Of a stretch of DNA of 64,000 nucleotides, positions 23,148 through 37,700 are shown one piece after another. Both the position numbers and the translations under genes were made by a program. The DNA lies in the NCBI RefSeq assembly GCF_018977255.1, contig NW_024704769.1, forward strand, positions 4,154,001 to 4,218,000. Reading direction: 5' to 3'. Below the pieces are notes generated by a model. It searched no databases. It had not been told where the DNA came from and worked only from the letters and a program-made list of their open reading frames with translations. Origin of the DNA: Callorhinchus milii (taxonomy: Eukaryota). Every line of letters starts with the position of its first letter. Positions within the stretch are counted from its first letter, which is position 1.

Positions 23148-25499
23148 TACAGGACTCCCAAAATAGAGGAAAGTAACCCTCGTATATGGAGGTTAACTAA
23201 TAGAGAAGAATACATGATAAGCAGCTGAGAGGTACTATTAAAAGGCATATTTATTTGGGCCCCACCCTATAAACACAATACAAAATTGCATTTGTAAAGT
23301 GCCTGTCATGTTAGTATGACTTCCCAAGGCTGAACAGTCAGGGATTAGGAATCGAAGGGGGGGGTGGGGTGGGTGGTGGGGAGAGAGGATAGGAGGGTGG
23401 CTGAAGGCATGGTCGAAGAGGAGGGTCTTAAGGCATGCCTTGAAGGAGGCAAGGGAGGGAGTGAGGCGAAGGGAATGTGGGATGGAGTTCCAAAGGGTGG
23501 GGGCAGAGGGAATGAAGACCTGACTGATGATGATGATGATGGGTGGGCCGGGCGAGGGACATGGAGTAGGCTGGAGCCTGTGTGACTCATGGGTTGGCCT
23601 GACACTTGTTTAGTGTTATCTTACTAATTTGCGGAGTTGTTTTGCGCTCCTGTGAGGCAAACGTTGTTCAGACTGTTCACAAACTCATCAGCCACTGAGG
23701 TCGTTGGTGATGTTGCCTGGCTGCCATGATATTTAAAGCACTTTAGGTGCTCTGGCGACTTGGACTGAAGGACATTCCAGCTTGTAACACGCTTCATGGA
23801 AGTAGACTTTGCAACAATCTAACTGCAGTCCTTGACCTTGAACAGATAAAAGTTTACAGATAGTGATGAGGCAGCTTCTATCTCATGTACTTGAAGCCAG
23901 GGACCTTTAGCCAGTGATAAAGGATAACCAGGGCACAGTCAGCGCAATTGATTTGCCATCCATTCGTGCAAAAAACAAGGAAGAAACCAAGGGAATTGAT
24001 TAGTAAATCTTTGACTAGAATCATTAAACTGAAAGCCAAGATTATATCATTTGGGTTCAAGAATACTGACCAGTGAAGGATATTTCCACACCCAGCAACC
24101 AATAACTTTAATATTTACCATCTACCTCAATCCCACTATTAATAGATCACGCAAAATGCACTTATATGACGAAAGTGACTCCACCCATCCAATGTGCATA
24201 AAAAGATAAGAATTGCCAGGCAAAGGAAGACCAAGGTGCATCCAGTTCGCCTTCCATCATCCTGGCAGTTGTGTCCCAAATTATATATTATTTATATATT
24301 ATTAACAGAAATCTGTCTCATTTGCTTTTGAGAGAATATAATCAGTGAGACTACCCAGCCAGTTTGAGGGACATTCGCAGGCAGGGGAGAAACCTTAGAC
24401 AAGTTTCCTTACTCCACACACCCCTGTTTACCTCGGCGTAAATAGGAACCCAGTTGTTAATCGATTGGTGGATTAATTGTCTGGGGGTAATAATCCCTTG
24501 AATAATTTTTTTTAAAATAATAATTTGGTCGTTCAATCCACGACTGTTTGTGGGACACTGTTGTGCGCAATTGGCTGCCACGTTTCACTCGTAAAAGATG
24601 CAGTCAATTCACTTTGCAGTGTATCCTGTGATTAGGCGCTATATCAAATGCAACAACAACAAGGTTTAATTTATAGAGCGCCTTTCACGTCGGGAGGACG
24701 TCCCAAGGTGCTGGACGGTTGGGTCGGGACCCGAGCAGGGGGGAAACGGTCAGGGTGAGGGGAGGGAAGGGAGGGAGCGAGGAGGGGGTAGAGAGGCGAG
24801 AGGGGAGCTGAAGGCACGGTCAAAGAGAAAGGTCTTGAGACCGGCCTTGAAGGAGGAAATGCAAGGATTATTATTATTGTTGTACGCAAGTGACTGCCAC
24901 ATTTCACTCACTGAGCAACTCACTGACTCATTGTTTAACCCACAGATTATATTGATATGAATACTGTGTATAGCTATATAAAGCTGTTAGTTATTAGAAC
25001 AGAATAATCAGCATTATTTTTAATGAGAGAACTTTAACCTAGATTGAGCCTATTCGCATTGAAATGTCTCAAAGTACTTCCTTTCACAGAGAGTTATGGT
25101 CAAATCTAGTACAGTATTATTTTTGTAGGCAAGTTCGTGATCAAGGTTCTACAAACAGCTAGGAGATGAATGACCAATTTATCTGGAGGATTGTTGGCAC
25201 GGACACTGTGAGACACTCCCTTCTCTTTTCAATCAGGACTTTGGGGAATTTTTAACATCCGCCTGCCTCGGTTTGTCATTTCATTCAAAAGATGGCTCCT
25301 CTGACAGTGTGAGACTCCTTCTCCCTCAGTGCTGCACTGGAGTGCAAGTTCACATGATAAGCTCAAGTCTGTGAGCTGAATTCTGATTATAGCACTTGAG
25401 CTACAACCTCTGAACCAGGAGTGAGAGGGCTGGAAACCAAGCTGACATGATCAGTTTGAGTCGTTCAATACAGATAGAGATTTAGCTTAGACACACCTC

Positions 25500-25600
25500 C
25501 ATAAGTTAATGATAACTCCGTCTCTAAGTGTCGGCACTATGTGATTGGTTTTGTCCCATCTGACTAATCTAAATGATAAGATATGTTATAAAACCACTGT
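25500..25600 (+). promoter_or_regulatory. Putative NPC1L1 proximal promoter (HNF1-like site, CCAAT, GATA, TATA)
   Basis: GTTAATGATAAC at 25505-25516; inverted CCAAT (gattgg) at ~25543; TGATAAG at ~25574; TATAAAA at 25587-25593, about 165 nt upstream of the ATG. Confidence 0.5.
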
Positions 25601-25756
25601 GGGGATCATTAGCAAAATCTCTGAGATCGCATTCAGTGTCTCTGAAATGTGCTGGGGATTTACTCACTACACTACCTGCCCTTTCTGTAATGGTGTGACG
25701 GTATCCTGAGGTTTCAAATCCAAACACCTCAAAAGAGGCTGCAAACAAAGTTTAAA

Positions 25757-28700
25757 ATGATGCTGAATGTGCCCACAATTTTACTGCTTGGTCTTTTCTT
25801 AGCTGACGTAAGTGACAATGATTCTTACATTTATTTTCAGTTGTGAAGCAATACACACGGTTTTTAACAATAATAATTAACCATGCATTTGATATAGCGC
25901 TTATAACCATGAAACGTCTCAAGCGGAGTAACTGTTTGTAAGCAAACTATGTTTACCAACTAACTGTGCACAGAAGCCATTTCATCAGCACAATGAGCGT
26001 TACTCAATCTACAACTGTACAAAGATACTGAAGAGGGAGAAGTTATTCACTGAACCGTAAGGAGTCGCGTTGTATTCAATAGGGCCACGTTAGTAACTGG
26101 TTAGTCAATAAGGCGAACATCTGCTACTGCTCACGGACAACAATAAAATCTCTCACAAATTAATATATTACTTTGCATTAATTACAGTACTTCCGTGTCT
26201 ATCGCTGCAAAGCTATGATTCAGATCACACGTTTTACTTGGAGACCTGATAGAAAAGAATGTTTCTCCATTTAGGAAGTCATTCTGTGCTGCAGATTGAG
26301 TGCTATGTTGCAGCAGAGCTCCACCATTGCAATCGATTACGTTCACTCTCAGTTGGAGGTAAAATTGAGGGATCACCTTTCACCCAAATCAAACAGCTTC
26401 CTGGTGTTCTATTAGTTTCTGAGTTTCAACAATCGACATTATGATAATAATCCTTGCATTTGATATAGCATCTTATCAAAACGTTGAGATGTGTCAAAGT
26501 ACTTCACAGAATGTACTGTAAAGTGAATTGACTGTATTTTGTGGGTGAAATGTGGCAGCCAATTGCGCACAGCAATGTCCCACAAACAGCCGTGGATTGA
26601 GTGACCTAATTTTTTTTGTAAAGATTATTACCCCATTAAATATAATAATCAAATATAATAATATCTCAAAGTATGAACATGATTTGACAGGGCTACTGGG
26701 CTTCTTTTAGTATCTAATGAAACTCAGTCACTGATAAGAAAATAAAACTGAAAGTGTGAACTTCAGAGAACTATGATTCCAGAAAGACCCTTGTCCTTGT
26801 GTAGGTTAATGGTGAGACAAAAGATATCAAGCCAACAAATACAGCAGTGAGTGGTGCAGTCACTAAAATAAATAAAGTGATTGATAGAGTAGCTACAGAG
26901 AAACTATTTCCTCTGATGGGTGGGGAAATCCAGAACAGGGAGGGGGCTTCATCTTAAAATTAGAGCCAGGCCGTTTAAGAGTGAAATCAGGAGGCAGTTT
27001 TTCACCCAAATGCTGATGGAAATCTGGAACTCTCCCTCCCCCTAAAAGGCTGTGATTTATGGCTGAATCCATTCACATTTTAAAGACTGAGGTGGATGGA
27101 TATTTGTTAGGTCAGGGTATCAAGGGAGTTGAGGTACAGATCAGCCATGATCTTATAGCATGGTGGAATAGGCTCGAGGGGCTGAATGGCCTGCTCCTGA
27201 TCCTATGTTGTTGTGCTCACTGCCAAAATATATAATAATCCTTGCATTTGATACAGCGCCTTATCATGTCATCAAGATGTCTCAAAGCGCTTCATGTGAC
27301 ACACTACTGTAAAGTGTTTGTGTATTCTTTGAAGGCTTTTTATAACCATAAGTGTTTATGTTCTAACCTTTCTGTTTAATAGGTGACCTCTGCTACCATT
27401 CATCAGAATGGATATTGTTCCTTTTATGAGGACTGCGGCAAAAATCCAGAGGTTTCCAATGGCTTGTTGCCAGCCAGAGTACCTTGCTTGTACAATGGAC
27501 CTGCCAAACACTTGACCAACCTTCAACATCTGGCCAAGCTCAGGTCTGTCTGCCCAATGCTGTACACTGGGGACAATACCCAGGCTTGCTGCTCAATGAA
27601 ACAGCTTGACTCAATAGAGAAGAGCCTGTCTCTGTCCAAACCAATCTTAAGTCGCTGTCCTTCTTGTGTTGACAACTTTATAAACCTCCACTGCCAGAAC
27701 ACCTGCAGCCCCAACCAGAGTACGTTCATCAATGTCAGCAGGACCATTAACTTGAATGTCAGTGGTGCCATGGAAGATGTGGTGCTGGAATTCCAGTGCT
27801 TCTACAGCAAGAGGTTTGCAGACGGATCGTACAAATCTTGTGAAAATGTAAGGATACCAGCCACAGGGGGCTTTGCCATTGGTGCCATGTGTGGCAAATT
27901 TGGTGCCACTCTCTGTAACTCCCAGCGCTGGTTAGATTTCCAAGGCGACACCGGCAATGGCCTGGCACCTTTGGACATTGACTTCATTCTCATCGATAAC
28001 ACATCGCAAGTTCCCGCTGAGATAGTTCCTCACGATGGAAAATTCTGGAAGTGCAACGAAGCCTCAAGCCCGACAGGGAAAGCCTGTTCCTGCCAGGATT
28101 GCATCGATTCCTGTCCCCAAATCGAGCCACCCAGCCTTCCACCTGGACCCTGGCGAATCGGGAAAGTGGACGCACTTTTTGTCATCTGTGCCTTGCTCTT
28201 CATTTTCGTGCTGGTTTGCATTTTGGCTCTTATGACTCACGCCAGCATCACCAGTAAAAAAGAGAAAGTCAAAATACCTGTGCTCAGTCCCGCTGACATT
28301 AAGTGTTCTGATAAACTAGGTCTGACCACACAGCAGTATCTGGGGAACATCTTCAGGGAATGGGGCACAATGATAGCTCTGTATCCCTGGACCGTGATAC
28401 TGATTTCTCTGGTGATAGTCGTGATACTTTCTGCCGGGATGGTCAAAATCACACTTACTACTGACCCTGTCGAACTGTGGTCCTCTCCAGACAGTCGTGC
28501 TCGCAGGGAGAAGGATTTCCACGATACCAATTTCAGCCCCTTTTTCCGCACGAACCAAATGATTATAACCGTGCAGAACCGCCCCAGCTACCAGTACAAA
28601 TCGGTGGTTTTTGGGGAAAAGACCTTCAACGGAATCCTTTCCAAAGACATCCTACTCGAGATTCTGGATTTGCAAACTAGGATCCAGAATATCCAGGTCT

Positions 28701-31700
28701 GGTCTGAGAAAGCTCAGAGGAACATCAGCATTGAGGATATCTGCTATTCTCCCATGAAACCCGATAATCCCAACAGAACCGATTGCACTGTTAATAGCTT
28801 GCTGCAGTACTTCCAGAATAACAGGACCAGATTCGAGGCCACCGCAAACCAGACCATTAATGGGGAGTCTGGCATTGTAGACTGGAAAGATCATTTCCTC
28901 TATTGTGTCAAGTAGGTATACAAAATACACAGTCACTACACTAAACCGTATATTCTGTGAAGCGCTTTGAGATGTCCCAATGACGTGATAAGGCGCTATA
29001 TCAAATGCAAGGATTATTATTATTAGTAGTAAATTTAAATGGAGGGGGGAAAGAGTATAGAGAAAGAAACTACCTATTAACACTGAAAACATCTCAAAGA
29101 GCATCATTTTAAATACTTTAGACACATGTAATGATTGATTTATATTACTTTATTTGAGGGATTGTTGGCCAGGATACTGGGAGAGAGAACCTCCCTTCTC
29201 TTTGAATAGTGGCATGGGATCTTAAACGTTCACCTGAACAAGGAGACGAGACTTCAGTTTGACGTCTCATCCGAAGGGCGGCACCTTTGATAATGGAACA
29301 CCCCCACTCCGCACCAGTACTGCATTGGAACATCATCTTAGGCTGTGTATTCCTAAACATTAAGGATGTGTTTGTTTCCAGCTCTCCTCTGTCTTTCAAA
29401 GACATCACTGAACTGGGCCTGAGCTGTATGGCAGATTACGGGGCGCCAGTTTTCCCCTTCCTGGCTGTTGGTGGATATGATGGTAAGTGATTCTAGGAAC
29501 ATAGGAACAGGAATAGGCCATTCAGCCCTGCGAGCCTGTTCCGTCTTTTTTTTATATAAGTCTTATTGCCCCCGGAAAGCGATTCACCATTCGACTAACA
29601 ATCTGGTTCCTACTTACTGCTTGGTAAACAGAGGCGTGTGTGTTGAGTAAGGAAACTTGCCTAAAGTTTTGCTTTGACCGGGAATCGAACCTAGAACCTC
29701 TCGCTTGTGAGGTGAGCACGCTAACCACTATGCTAAGGGACTTCTTGCTTTAACTTGGTCTTTGCTGTCTGACAGGTGAAGAATACACAGAAGCAGAAGC
29801 CCTCATTGTGACTTTCTCATTAAATAATTATGCCAGAAGTGATCCCAAATTTGAATATGTTTTACTCTGGGAACAGGAATACCTAAAGATTGTGCAGGCG
29901 TATAAAAAGAACATGTCCCGCAGCTTTGACTTCGAGTTCATGGCAGAGGTAATGTGCATTGTGTTTCAAACAGAGTTTAATGTATCAGTAACAGTTTGTT
30001 TTCATTTTAAACCCCTTTAAGATAGTGAATGGATAATCCTTACATTTGATATTTGATAAGATGCCTTTCACATTTGGACGGCTCAAAGTCCTCCATTGTC
30101 AAGTGAGGTGTCAGGTTAGAATAAGTTCCAAGTCCTGACGTGGGGCTTGAAACCATAAACTTCTGACTCAGATGCGAGAGCTACCAACTGAGAAGAGGTT
30201 TAGTCCCACAGAAGTATTGTTCCCCCAATCCCATCACTTTCCTCCATTGCAGATCTGCCAAGCTTTCCGAAGGCTCCTTTCAGTTACCAGCAAGTGGTCA
30301 TTGCCAGGTGGCAAAAAGCACCAGGCTCTGAATGTTAAACTAGCTAATATCAGTCCTAGGTTGGCAAAAGCTGTGGTTTAGCTCCACTAGCAATGCCCTG
30401 ATAAGCAGTAACTCGCAATGATTGACATTGATATAAGAGTTCTTCCCTTCTGTAAGCAGAGGGGGAAGCACAGTTGAAGAGCAGGGTCTTGAGATGGGTC
30501 TTGAATTTGGCAAGCGTGGGGGTGAGGCGGAGGGACTGCGGGATGGAGTTCCAGAGGGTAGGGCAGAAGGCCCGCCTGCCAATAGTGGGGCGAGTGAGAC
30601 GGGGGACGTGAAGCAGGCCAGAGCCCGCTGAGCAGATGGAGCGAGCAGGATGGTAGGGGGTTAGGAGGTCACAGAGGTACGTGGGAGCAAGACCATGGAG
30701 GGCTTTGAAGGTGAGGACCAGGATCTTGAACTGTATCCTCTGTGTGATGGGAAGCCAGTGGAGTTGGGCGAGGATGGGGGTGATAGGGTCGCGGAGCCTG
30801 GTGCGGGAGAGGACGTGGGCTGCAGAGTTCAGATCTGCAGCCTATGGAGAGAGGAGTTGGGGAGGCCAACAAGCAATGAGTTTGCTTAGTCAAGGCTCGA
30901 TGTAATAAAAGAGTGTATGATGGTTTTGGCAGCCTGTGGTGTGAGGCAGTGGTGGCGCCGGGCGATGTTACGGAAATGGGGGAAAGCAGAGTGGGTCATG
31001 GCACAGATGTGGGGCAGAAAGGATAGTTGAGGGTCAAACAAGACGCCAAGTTTCCGGACTGGCTTAGCAAGGTGGAGTGTGCAACCATGGATGGTGATGC
31101 TGTCAGTGCCTGAGGTGAGAAGGCGCTGATGGGAGCCATTCAGGCGAGCCTCAGTCTTGTTGACATTCAACTGAAGAAAGTTAGCTCTCATCGAGGACTT
31201 GATGTCAAACAGACGTTTTGTCAGGACAGCAGTGGTCCTGGAGTCAAGGGTGGAGGCAGAGAGGTAGAGTTGGGTGTCATCCGCATACATGTGGAAGTTG
31301 ACCCCATGTCTGTGGATGATGTCACCAAGAGGGAGCATTTAGATATTGAAGAGGAGGGGACCAAGGACAAAGCCCTGAGGAACACCGCACAAGACGGTGC
31401 GGGGACTGGAGGAGAAGCTGTTTGTGGAGATAAAGCAGAGGCGGTGTGAGAGGTACGATCTGAACCAGGCAAGGACAGAGCCGTGAAGGTTGAGGTGAGA
31501 GTAGAGGCAGTGGATGAGGATAGAGTGGTCGACGTTGTCGAAGGCATCGTCAACCACTCTATCCCCCACCCTAAGTACAAAAGGTTAATCACCCACCAAA
31601 TACACAGTGACTACGCTTTCCAGTATGTTCTGTGAAATCCTTTGAGACATCTCAACGATGTGATAAGGCGCTGTATCAAATAATAATACATTATTATTGA

Positions 31701-34700
31701 TGTATTTGTTTGCTTGTAGCGATCACTGGAAGATGAGATTAACAGAACCACAGCTGAAGACCTGCCTATATTTGCCATCAGTTACCTGGTGATATTCATC
31801 TACATCACCTTGGCTCTGGGAGACTATACAAGTTGGAAACGGATCTTGGTACGTAAATCCCAACTATTTCCTCTGGTGGGTGGGGTTAATCCAGGACAAG
31901 GGGCATCATCTTAAAATTAGAGCTAGGCCATGAAATCAGGAAGCACTTTTTCATCCAAAGGCTAGTGTAACTCTGGACTTCCAGAGGGTGGGGGAAGTTG
32001 AAGCTGCAAAGGGTGTGCACTGAGCTTTTTGTGTTCAGGATTCAGTCACAGACCAATGGCACGAGACTGTGAGCAGGTGGTGGGTATTGTCTGAAGGATG
32101 GTAAATGTAAACTACAACGTACCTTACATTTTTCATTACAGATCGATTCAAAGATTACCCTGGGCCTGGGTGGAATCTGGTGGTGATACTGGCTGTGGTG
32201 TCTGCTATGGGTTTCTATGCCTATCTGGGAGTTCCCTCCTCACTCATTATCTTGGAGGTGGTGCCCTTCCTGGTACTCGCTATTGGCGCTGATAACATTT
32301 TCATATTTGTGCTCGAATATCAGGTCAGTCATAGAGACTCTCTCTCTTGTGGGTTTGCAAAGACTTCACAACAGCCTCTACACTCAATAAGCCAGAGACG
32401 AACGATTTTATAATAATACTTGCATATGCTATAGCGCCTTAGCACGTCGTTGAGAAGCCTCAATGTGCTTCACAGGATACCCTGAAAAGTGGAGTGACTG
32501 TGTATTTTGTGGGTGGAACACGGCAGCCAGTTTGATTCCCAGGCGCGGCAAAACTTTAGGCAAAATTTCCTTACTCCACACCCTTGCCTCTGTTTATCCA
32601 GCAGTAAGTAGGAACCTGGTTGTTAGTCAGTTGCCCGATCGCTTTCCAAGGATAATAATTCCTCCCCCAAAAATTGGTCATTCAATCCACAACTGTTTGT
32701 GGGACACTGCTGTGCACAATTGGCTGCCGCATTCCTCAAAATACACAGTCATGTTACCATGCAATACTGTATATCTTGTGAAGCAACATCTCAACAACGT
32801 GATAAGGCGCGACATCAAATGCAAAGATTGTTGTTATTAATAATAAATGGCCATTTCGTCAGCAGTCACCAAGCAGTCAGCGTTCAGGCAGTTTTTACAG
32901 ATTTAGTTGAGCAGAGCCTCAGTGAGCAAACCGGCTCCAAACACAACGTCCAACTTCTTCACAGTCTTTCTTTGTTTAACAGAGAGACGAGAGGAAAGAA
33001 GATGAAACGAGGGAAGAACAAATTGGTCGTGTGTTGGGGAACGTCGCCCCGAGCATGCTTCTCTGCAGCATCTCAGAATCCATCTGTTTCTTCCTTGGTA
33101 TGCTTTATAATAATAATAATCCTTGCATTTGATATCACACCTTATCACGTTCATTGAGACGGCTCAAAGCGCTTCACAGAATATACTGTTGAAGTGTAGT
33201 GACTGTATATTTTGTAGGTGAAAAATGGCGGCCAATTGTGCACAGCAGTGTCCCCACAAACAGCCGTGGATTGATTGACCAAATTATTAAATGTTCACGA
33301 TTCAGTGTTTTGACTGGGGAAGGGTGTCGGTGGCAGAATTTTTGCGCTCGATATCTTCCTGTGTTTCTCATGTGTGATATTTAATAATAGGGAAGAAAAA
33401 CTCTTACGAACAGAAGTTTGGGGAAGATGCCAACAGTTTTAATGCTAGGGCTTAAAGGGTTAAATTACGAGGACAGGTTGCGTAAACTTGGTCTGTAGTC
33501 TGTGAGTCGAGAGGGCTGGGAGCCGACCTGATCGAGGTGTATAAAATGACAAAGGGATTTGATAGGACACTATTACCTCTGGTGAGGAATCCAGAACCAG
33601 GAGCTTCACCTTAAAGTTACAGCCGTTTAGGAGTGAACTCAGGAGGGAGGGTTTCACCCGAAGGCCAATGGGAATCTGGAGCTCTCTCTCCCTCCCTCAC
33701 CCAAAAGGTTGGATCTAGTCACATTTCAAGACTGAGGAGAATATCTGTTAGGTCAGGGCATCCAGGGATATGAGGCAAAGGCTGGTAATTGGACTTGAGT
33801 TACACATCAGCCACAATCTTGTAGAATGACAGAACCGGCTTGAGGGGCTGAATGGCCTCCTCCTGTTCCTATGTTTTGCAATGCTAGGCTGACACACTGT
33901 GTACTGTGTTGCTGCAGGTGCTCTGACTAAGATGCCCGCTGTCCGCACGTTTGCCCTTTATGCTGGGCTGTCCGTACTTTTGGATTTCCTGCTCCAGATC
34001 TCAATGTTTGTGGCTTTGTTCTCCCTGGATACCCGCAGACAGGAGGTGAGAACCACAGGAATTTACAGCACAGAACAAGGTCATTCAGCCCATCATGTCT
34101 GTAATCCTTTAATCCCATTTACTTGCCCTTTCCCCCCACAACCCTGTAGCTGGTACTCCCATTCCCCTCTCCCACACCCCTCTATTCCCCTCTCCCATAC
34201 CCCTCTATTCCCCTCTCCCACACCCCTTTATTCCCCTCTCCCACACCCCTTTATTCCCCTCTCGTACACCTCACTATTCCCCTCTCCTACACGTACTGAC
34301 CTGACCATTCCAATTTCAGTCTAACAGGTTTGATATCTGCTGCTGCGTTCAATCAAAGAACAAAAAGAAAACAAAGAAAAGTGAGGGAATTCTGATGCGC
34401 TTTATGAGGAACATTTATGCTCCTTTCCTGCTGAACTCTGTGGTTCGAATCATTGTGGTAAGCAACAAAACAAAGCATTTTTTGAGAGGACCCGGGTTCG
34501 CTTCCCGGGCGCTGGAAAACCTTAGGCAGATTTCCTTACTCCACACACACGGCTCTGGTTACCTTGCAGTAAGTAGGAACCCGATTAGGCTGTTAGTCGA
34601 TTGGCGGATCACTTTCCAGAGGGTAATAAACTCTCAAAAAAAATTTTGTCACTAAATCCACAAGTGTTTGTGGGACACTGTTGTGCGCAATTTGCTGCTG

Positions 34701-37700
34701 CGTTTTGCCAACAAAATACAGTCAGTCCACTTTATAGTATATCCTGTGAAGCACTTTAAGACATCTCAACGATGTGATTGGGCACTATGTCAAATGCAAA
34801 TTATTATTATTATTATTACTGTGACAGTTGATCTCACTGATTTCCCACCAGATGGTTGTGTTCCTCTTCATGTTCTTTGCGGGATTGTACTTTCTCTTAC
34901 ACGTCAAAGTGGGGTTGGATCAGCAGCTCGCCCTGCCCAAGGTGAGCACCAGCTGCTCTCAATCCTTTCTGCCTCAACACCGATCTCTGACCTCACTTTC
35001 GGGCATCTTCCCCCCCCCCACCCCTCCGTTCTTCCAAAAACCCAGTTCAGCTCCCCCCCCCCCCCCCCCCCCCCCACCAAGCTCGTATTGTCAGACAGCG
35101 GAGCTGTGTAAAACACTTTCAGGTGTTTTGTAAATTGTATTTTCCTCATAGTTAGTTATATTGAGGGATACAGCATGGATCAGGCCATTCAGCCAAGTAT
35201 CTGTCACCATGTTTATATTCCCCACTTCTCCCAGACCCCTGTTTCCCACTCTCACACCCCTCTATTCCTCTCTCCCACACTCCCTCTATTCCCCTCTGCC
35301 ACACGCCTTTGTTCCGCTCTCCTACACCCCTCTCCTACACCCCCGTATTCCCCTCCCTCATGTATGCAGCACGTTTCTTTAAATACCATGAAGCTTTTTG
35401 ATTCAACTGCACCTCCTATCATTGAGTTTCACATTGTTACCCCCGTCTCCCCGTGAAGGTTTTTCCCTATTAGATCGATGACCAGCAGCTTATATTTATG
35501 GCCTCCTGTGCGGTGGCTGCTGGTGTATGTTCTGTGCTTACTGTGCTCTCTTTTCAGGACTCCTACATGTTGAACTACTTTTCCTACCTCTACAAGTATT
35601 TTGAAGTGGGCACGCCTGTGTACTTTGTGACCACCGCAGGCTACAACTTCTCCTCTATCGCCGGGATGAACGGCGTCTGCTCCAGTGTGGGCTGTGACAA
35701 CAACTCCCTGACACAAAAAATACAGTACGCCACCGACTTCCCCCAACAGTGAGTCTTTCCCGAGTTTACTAGACTTTTCCTGAATTTTCCACCTCAAGCA
35801 TGATTTGTGGAATCCTGTAGCTTGGTGGTTAGAGCGCTCGCCTCACAAGCGAGAGAATCTGGGTTTGATTACCGGGCAGGGCAAAACCTTAAGCAAGTTT
35901 CCTTCCTCTACACACACGCCTCTCTTTACCGAGCAGTAAGCAGGAACACGGTTGTTAGTCGATTGGTAAACAGCCGGGTTCCAACTTAAATCAAAGAGCT
36001 AGCACAGGCACGATGTTCTGGGCTGTAGGTTTGTATGAAGGGTAACCATCACAATGACACACGCTGTCATCCTCAGGTCTTTCATGGCCATCTCAGCTTC
36101 TTCCTGGTTGGATGACTTTATAGACTGGCTGAACCCAAACTCCCGGTGTTGTCGGCTGCACGCCTTTGGCCCCAATAAAGGTGAATTCTGCCCAGCGACC
36201 AGTGGTAAGCATTTTCAGTTTCCTTCGCGGCGTCCTGAAGCAGTTAAAGCACTCGCTTCGTAAGCGAGAGGGTCTGAGTTTGATTCCCGGGCAGGGCAAA
36301 ACCTTTGGCAAATTTCCTTACTCCACGCACATACCTGTTTACCTAACAGTGAATAGAAACCCGGTTGTTGGTCGATTCCCCTCTCCTACACCCCTCTGTT
36401 CCGCTATCCCACCTATAGTTACAATCCACCCCCTGGATTTGTAAGTGTGTCTACAGGAAGCTCGACTGAAAACCGGGTCACTGACTGACCGACTCGGCTT
36501 CTGCCAATTCTTCTCTTCCTTTGTCACAGATGCAATATCGTGCCTGATCAAGTGTATGCCACAGTCCACCACCGGCATCATCAGGCCCACTGCGGAGGAT
36601 TTCGAGACCTACCTGCCCTATTACCTGGCGGATATTCCCACACTGCAGTGCCCCAAGGGGTAAGTAACCTGCCCGGCTGGGTGTCTGACACACGTGCAAA
36701 CCCATCACCGATGTTCAAGAGTCTCCAAACCAAGATTTCCATACCTCCCACCTACACATGGAAATCCCAGAGATAGATTGTTGGAATGGAATGTGCTCTC
36801 TCTCTCTCCCTGGAGGGACACATCCTGTTTACCTAATTCCAGAGATTATTAGGCGCAGGTTGGCAAGAGCCGAGCCATAGCAGCAAAACAGAGCATTTAA
36901 ACACGAGCCCATCTCTACCCTCCTGCGAAACGTGAACTCACCCCCTCTCAGCGGGTCTCCCCGTGACAGACAGTCTCACTCACTCCCTGCTGGGAACTGC
37001 TTTCCCTTTCAGTGGCCTGGCGGCTTACGCTGATGCCGTGAATAAAGACAGCAACGGGGTCATTGTTGGTGAGTTTTTGGTAAAGATTAATAATCGTATT
37101 TTCATACAGCGCTTGTCAGGTTGAAACGTCTCAAAGCGCCTCAAAGCGTTCACTGTGAAGTGCAGTGCCTGTGTGTTTTTGTAGATTTCTAACAAAAATG
37201 TTTATTTTCCTGTTGTGATTTTTTAATGGACGGGAAAGGATTCCAGTGCAGAATCCAGCACCTGCCAGTTCATGTTCAGCCCCTCCACATCCAGGGCACT
37301 GCTCAGACACAGTACAGAGCACAGCATATCCGCTAGATTAATAATAATAATAAACCTTGCATTTGATAGCGCTTTGTCACATCGCTGAGTGTCTCCAATC
37401 GCTTCACAGATTATACTCGTAACATGTAGTGACCAATTGCACACAGCAACGTCCCACAAACAGTCATGGATTGAGTGACCACATTTTGTTTGAGGGACTA
37501 TTACCCTTCTGAAAGCGATTGCTAACTGACTAACAAGCAGGTTCCTACTTACTGCTAAATAAACAGGCGAGTATGAGTGAGGAGTAAGGAAAGGTTTCAT
37601 GAAGGGACTATGATGTTCTTGGTGAATGTCGGTTGTATTTGCTCGAGTTGAGGAGGTGAATGAAACATGGAAACTTACCTTCTGGTGTTTGCTCGTCCAG

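Noticed and set aside
23640-24200. Unique sequence downstream of the orphan island tested as a coding exon or pseudogene
   Set aside because: The frames I translated contain frequent stops and no recognisable motif.
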